DNA of 63,521 bases, counting the filler, from Octopus bimaculoides (lineage: Eukaryota), in NCBI RefSeq assembly GCF_001194135.2. It is 7 parts of 6 records of this genome, joined end to end, with 100 filler letters (N's around TTAATTAATTAA, not from the genome) between each part and the next. Parts side by side here need not be neighbours in the genome. Positions count along the whole stretch, not along the records: positions 62,059 to 63,521 come from NC_068985.1; 6 more parts are not named here. The stretch is one strand, 5' to 3'. Under the pieces are notes generated by a model. The model saw only the letters and a list, made by a program, of their open reading frames with translations, was not told the origin of the DNA and did not search any database. The position numbers and the translations under genes were made by a program. Shown piece by piece: positions 63,310 through 63,521 of this stretch. Position 1 is the first letter of the stretch; each line of letters starts with the position of its first letter.

Positions 63310-63521
63310 GTGATGATAATGGTGATGGTTATGGTTAGGATGATGATAATGATGATGATAATGATGATGATGATGATGATGACGATGACGACGATGATAC
63401 GAAGGTGGTGGTGGTGATGGTGGTAGTACTGGTGAAATCGATGGTGATGATGATGATGATGCCGGTGACAATAATGATCATGTTGGTAAGGGTAATGATG
63501 GTGGTGGTGGTGGGTGGGTGG
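62058..63521. repeat. Long (GAT/GGT/GAC)n trinucleotide arrays with (TA)/(CA) tracts
   Basis: Direct inspection; source of the poly-His and poly-Met ORFs. Confidence 0.95.

Noticed and set aside
62746-63471. Poly-His / poly-Met / poly-Asp ORFs (also 23607-24305)
   Set aside because: (GAT)n and (CAT)n arrays open in several frames at once; no splice or domain support
1-63521. CRISPR arrays, rRNA, prokaryotic operons or terminators
   Set aside because: No regularly spaced repeat-spacer structure or rRNA-like sequence; the window is eukaryotic repeat DNA

Overview
This is a gene-poor, repeat-saturated animal genomic window with many N gaps. The SINE families, microsatellite density and retroelement mix suggest an octopus/coleoid cephalopod genome (inference, not verified). 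I found no intact host protein-coding gene. It contains a decayed piggyBac, two Tc1/mariner remnants, three to four Penelope-like element (PLE) remnants, two restriction-endonuclease-type LINE 3' ends, two CR1/Jockey-like LINE pieces, a ~4 kb decayed Tx1/L1 LINE, a Helitron 3' end, several dozen tRNA-derived SINE copies from at least five families, and long microsatellites. The best signal is at the RNA level: at least five unrelated type-I hammerhead ribozyme motifs, found by eye. Two (32343-32471 + and 13003-13116 -) have intact catalytic cores, an 8-nt palindromic helix III ending in GUA, and a long (89-100 nt) rod-like helix II. One sits just after the AATAAA of the Tx1/L1 element, and two degenerate ones lie downstream of PLE ORF remnants. 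A CpG-rich YY1/NRF1/ETS motif cluster at ~52.75 kb may be a real promoter. Repeat boundaries are approximate; no folding software or database search was run.
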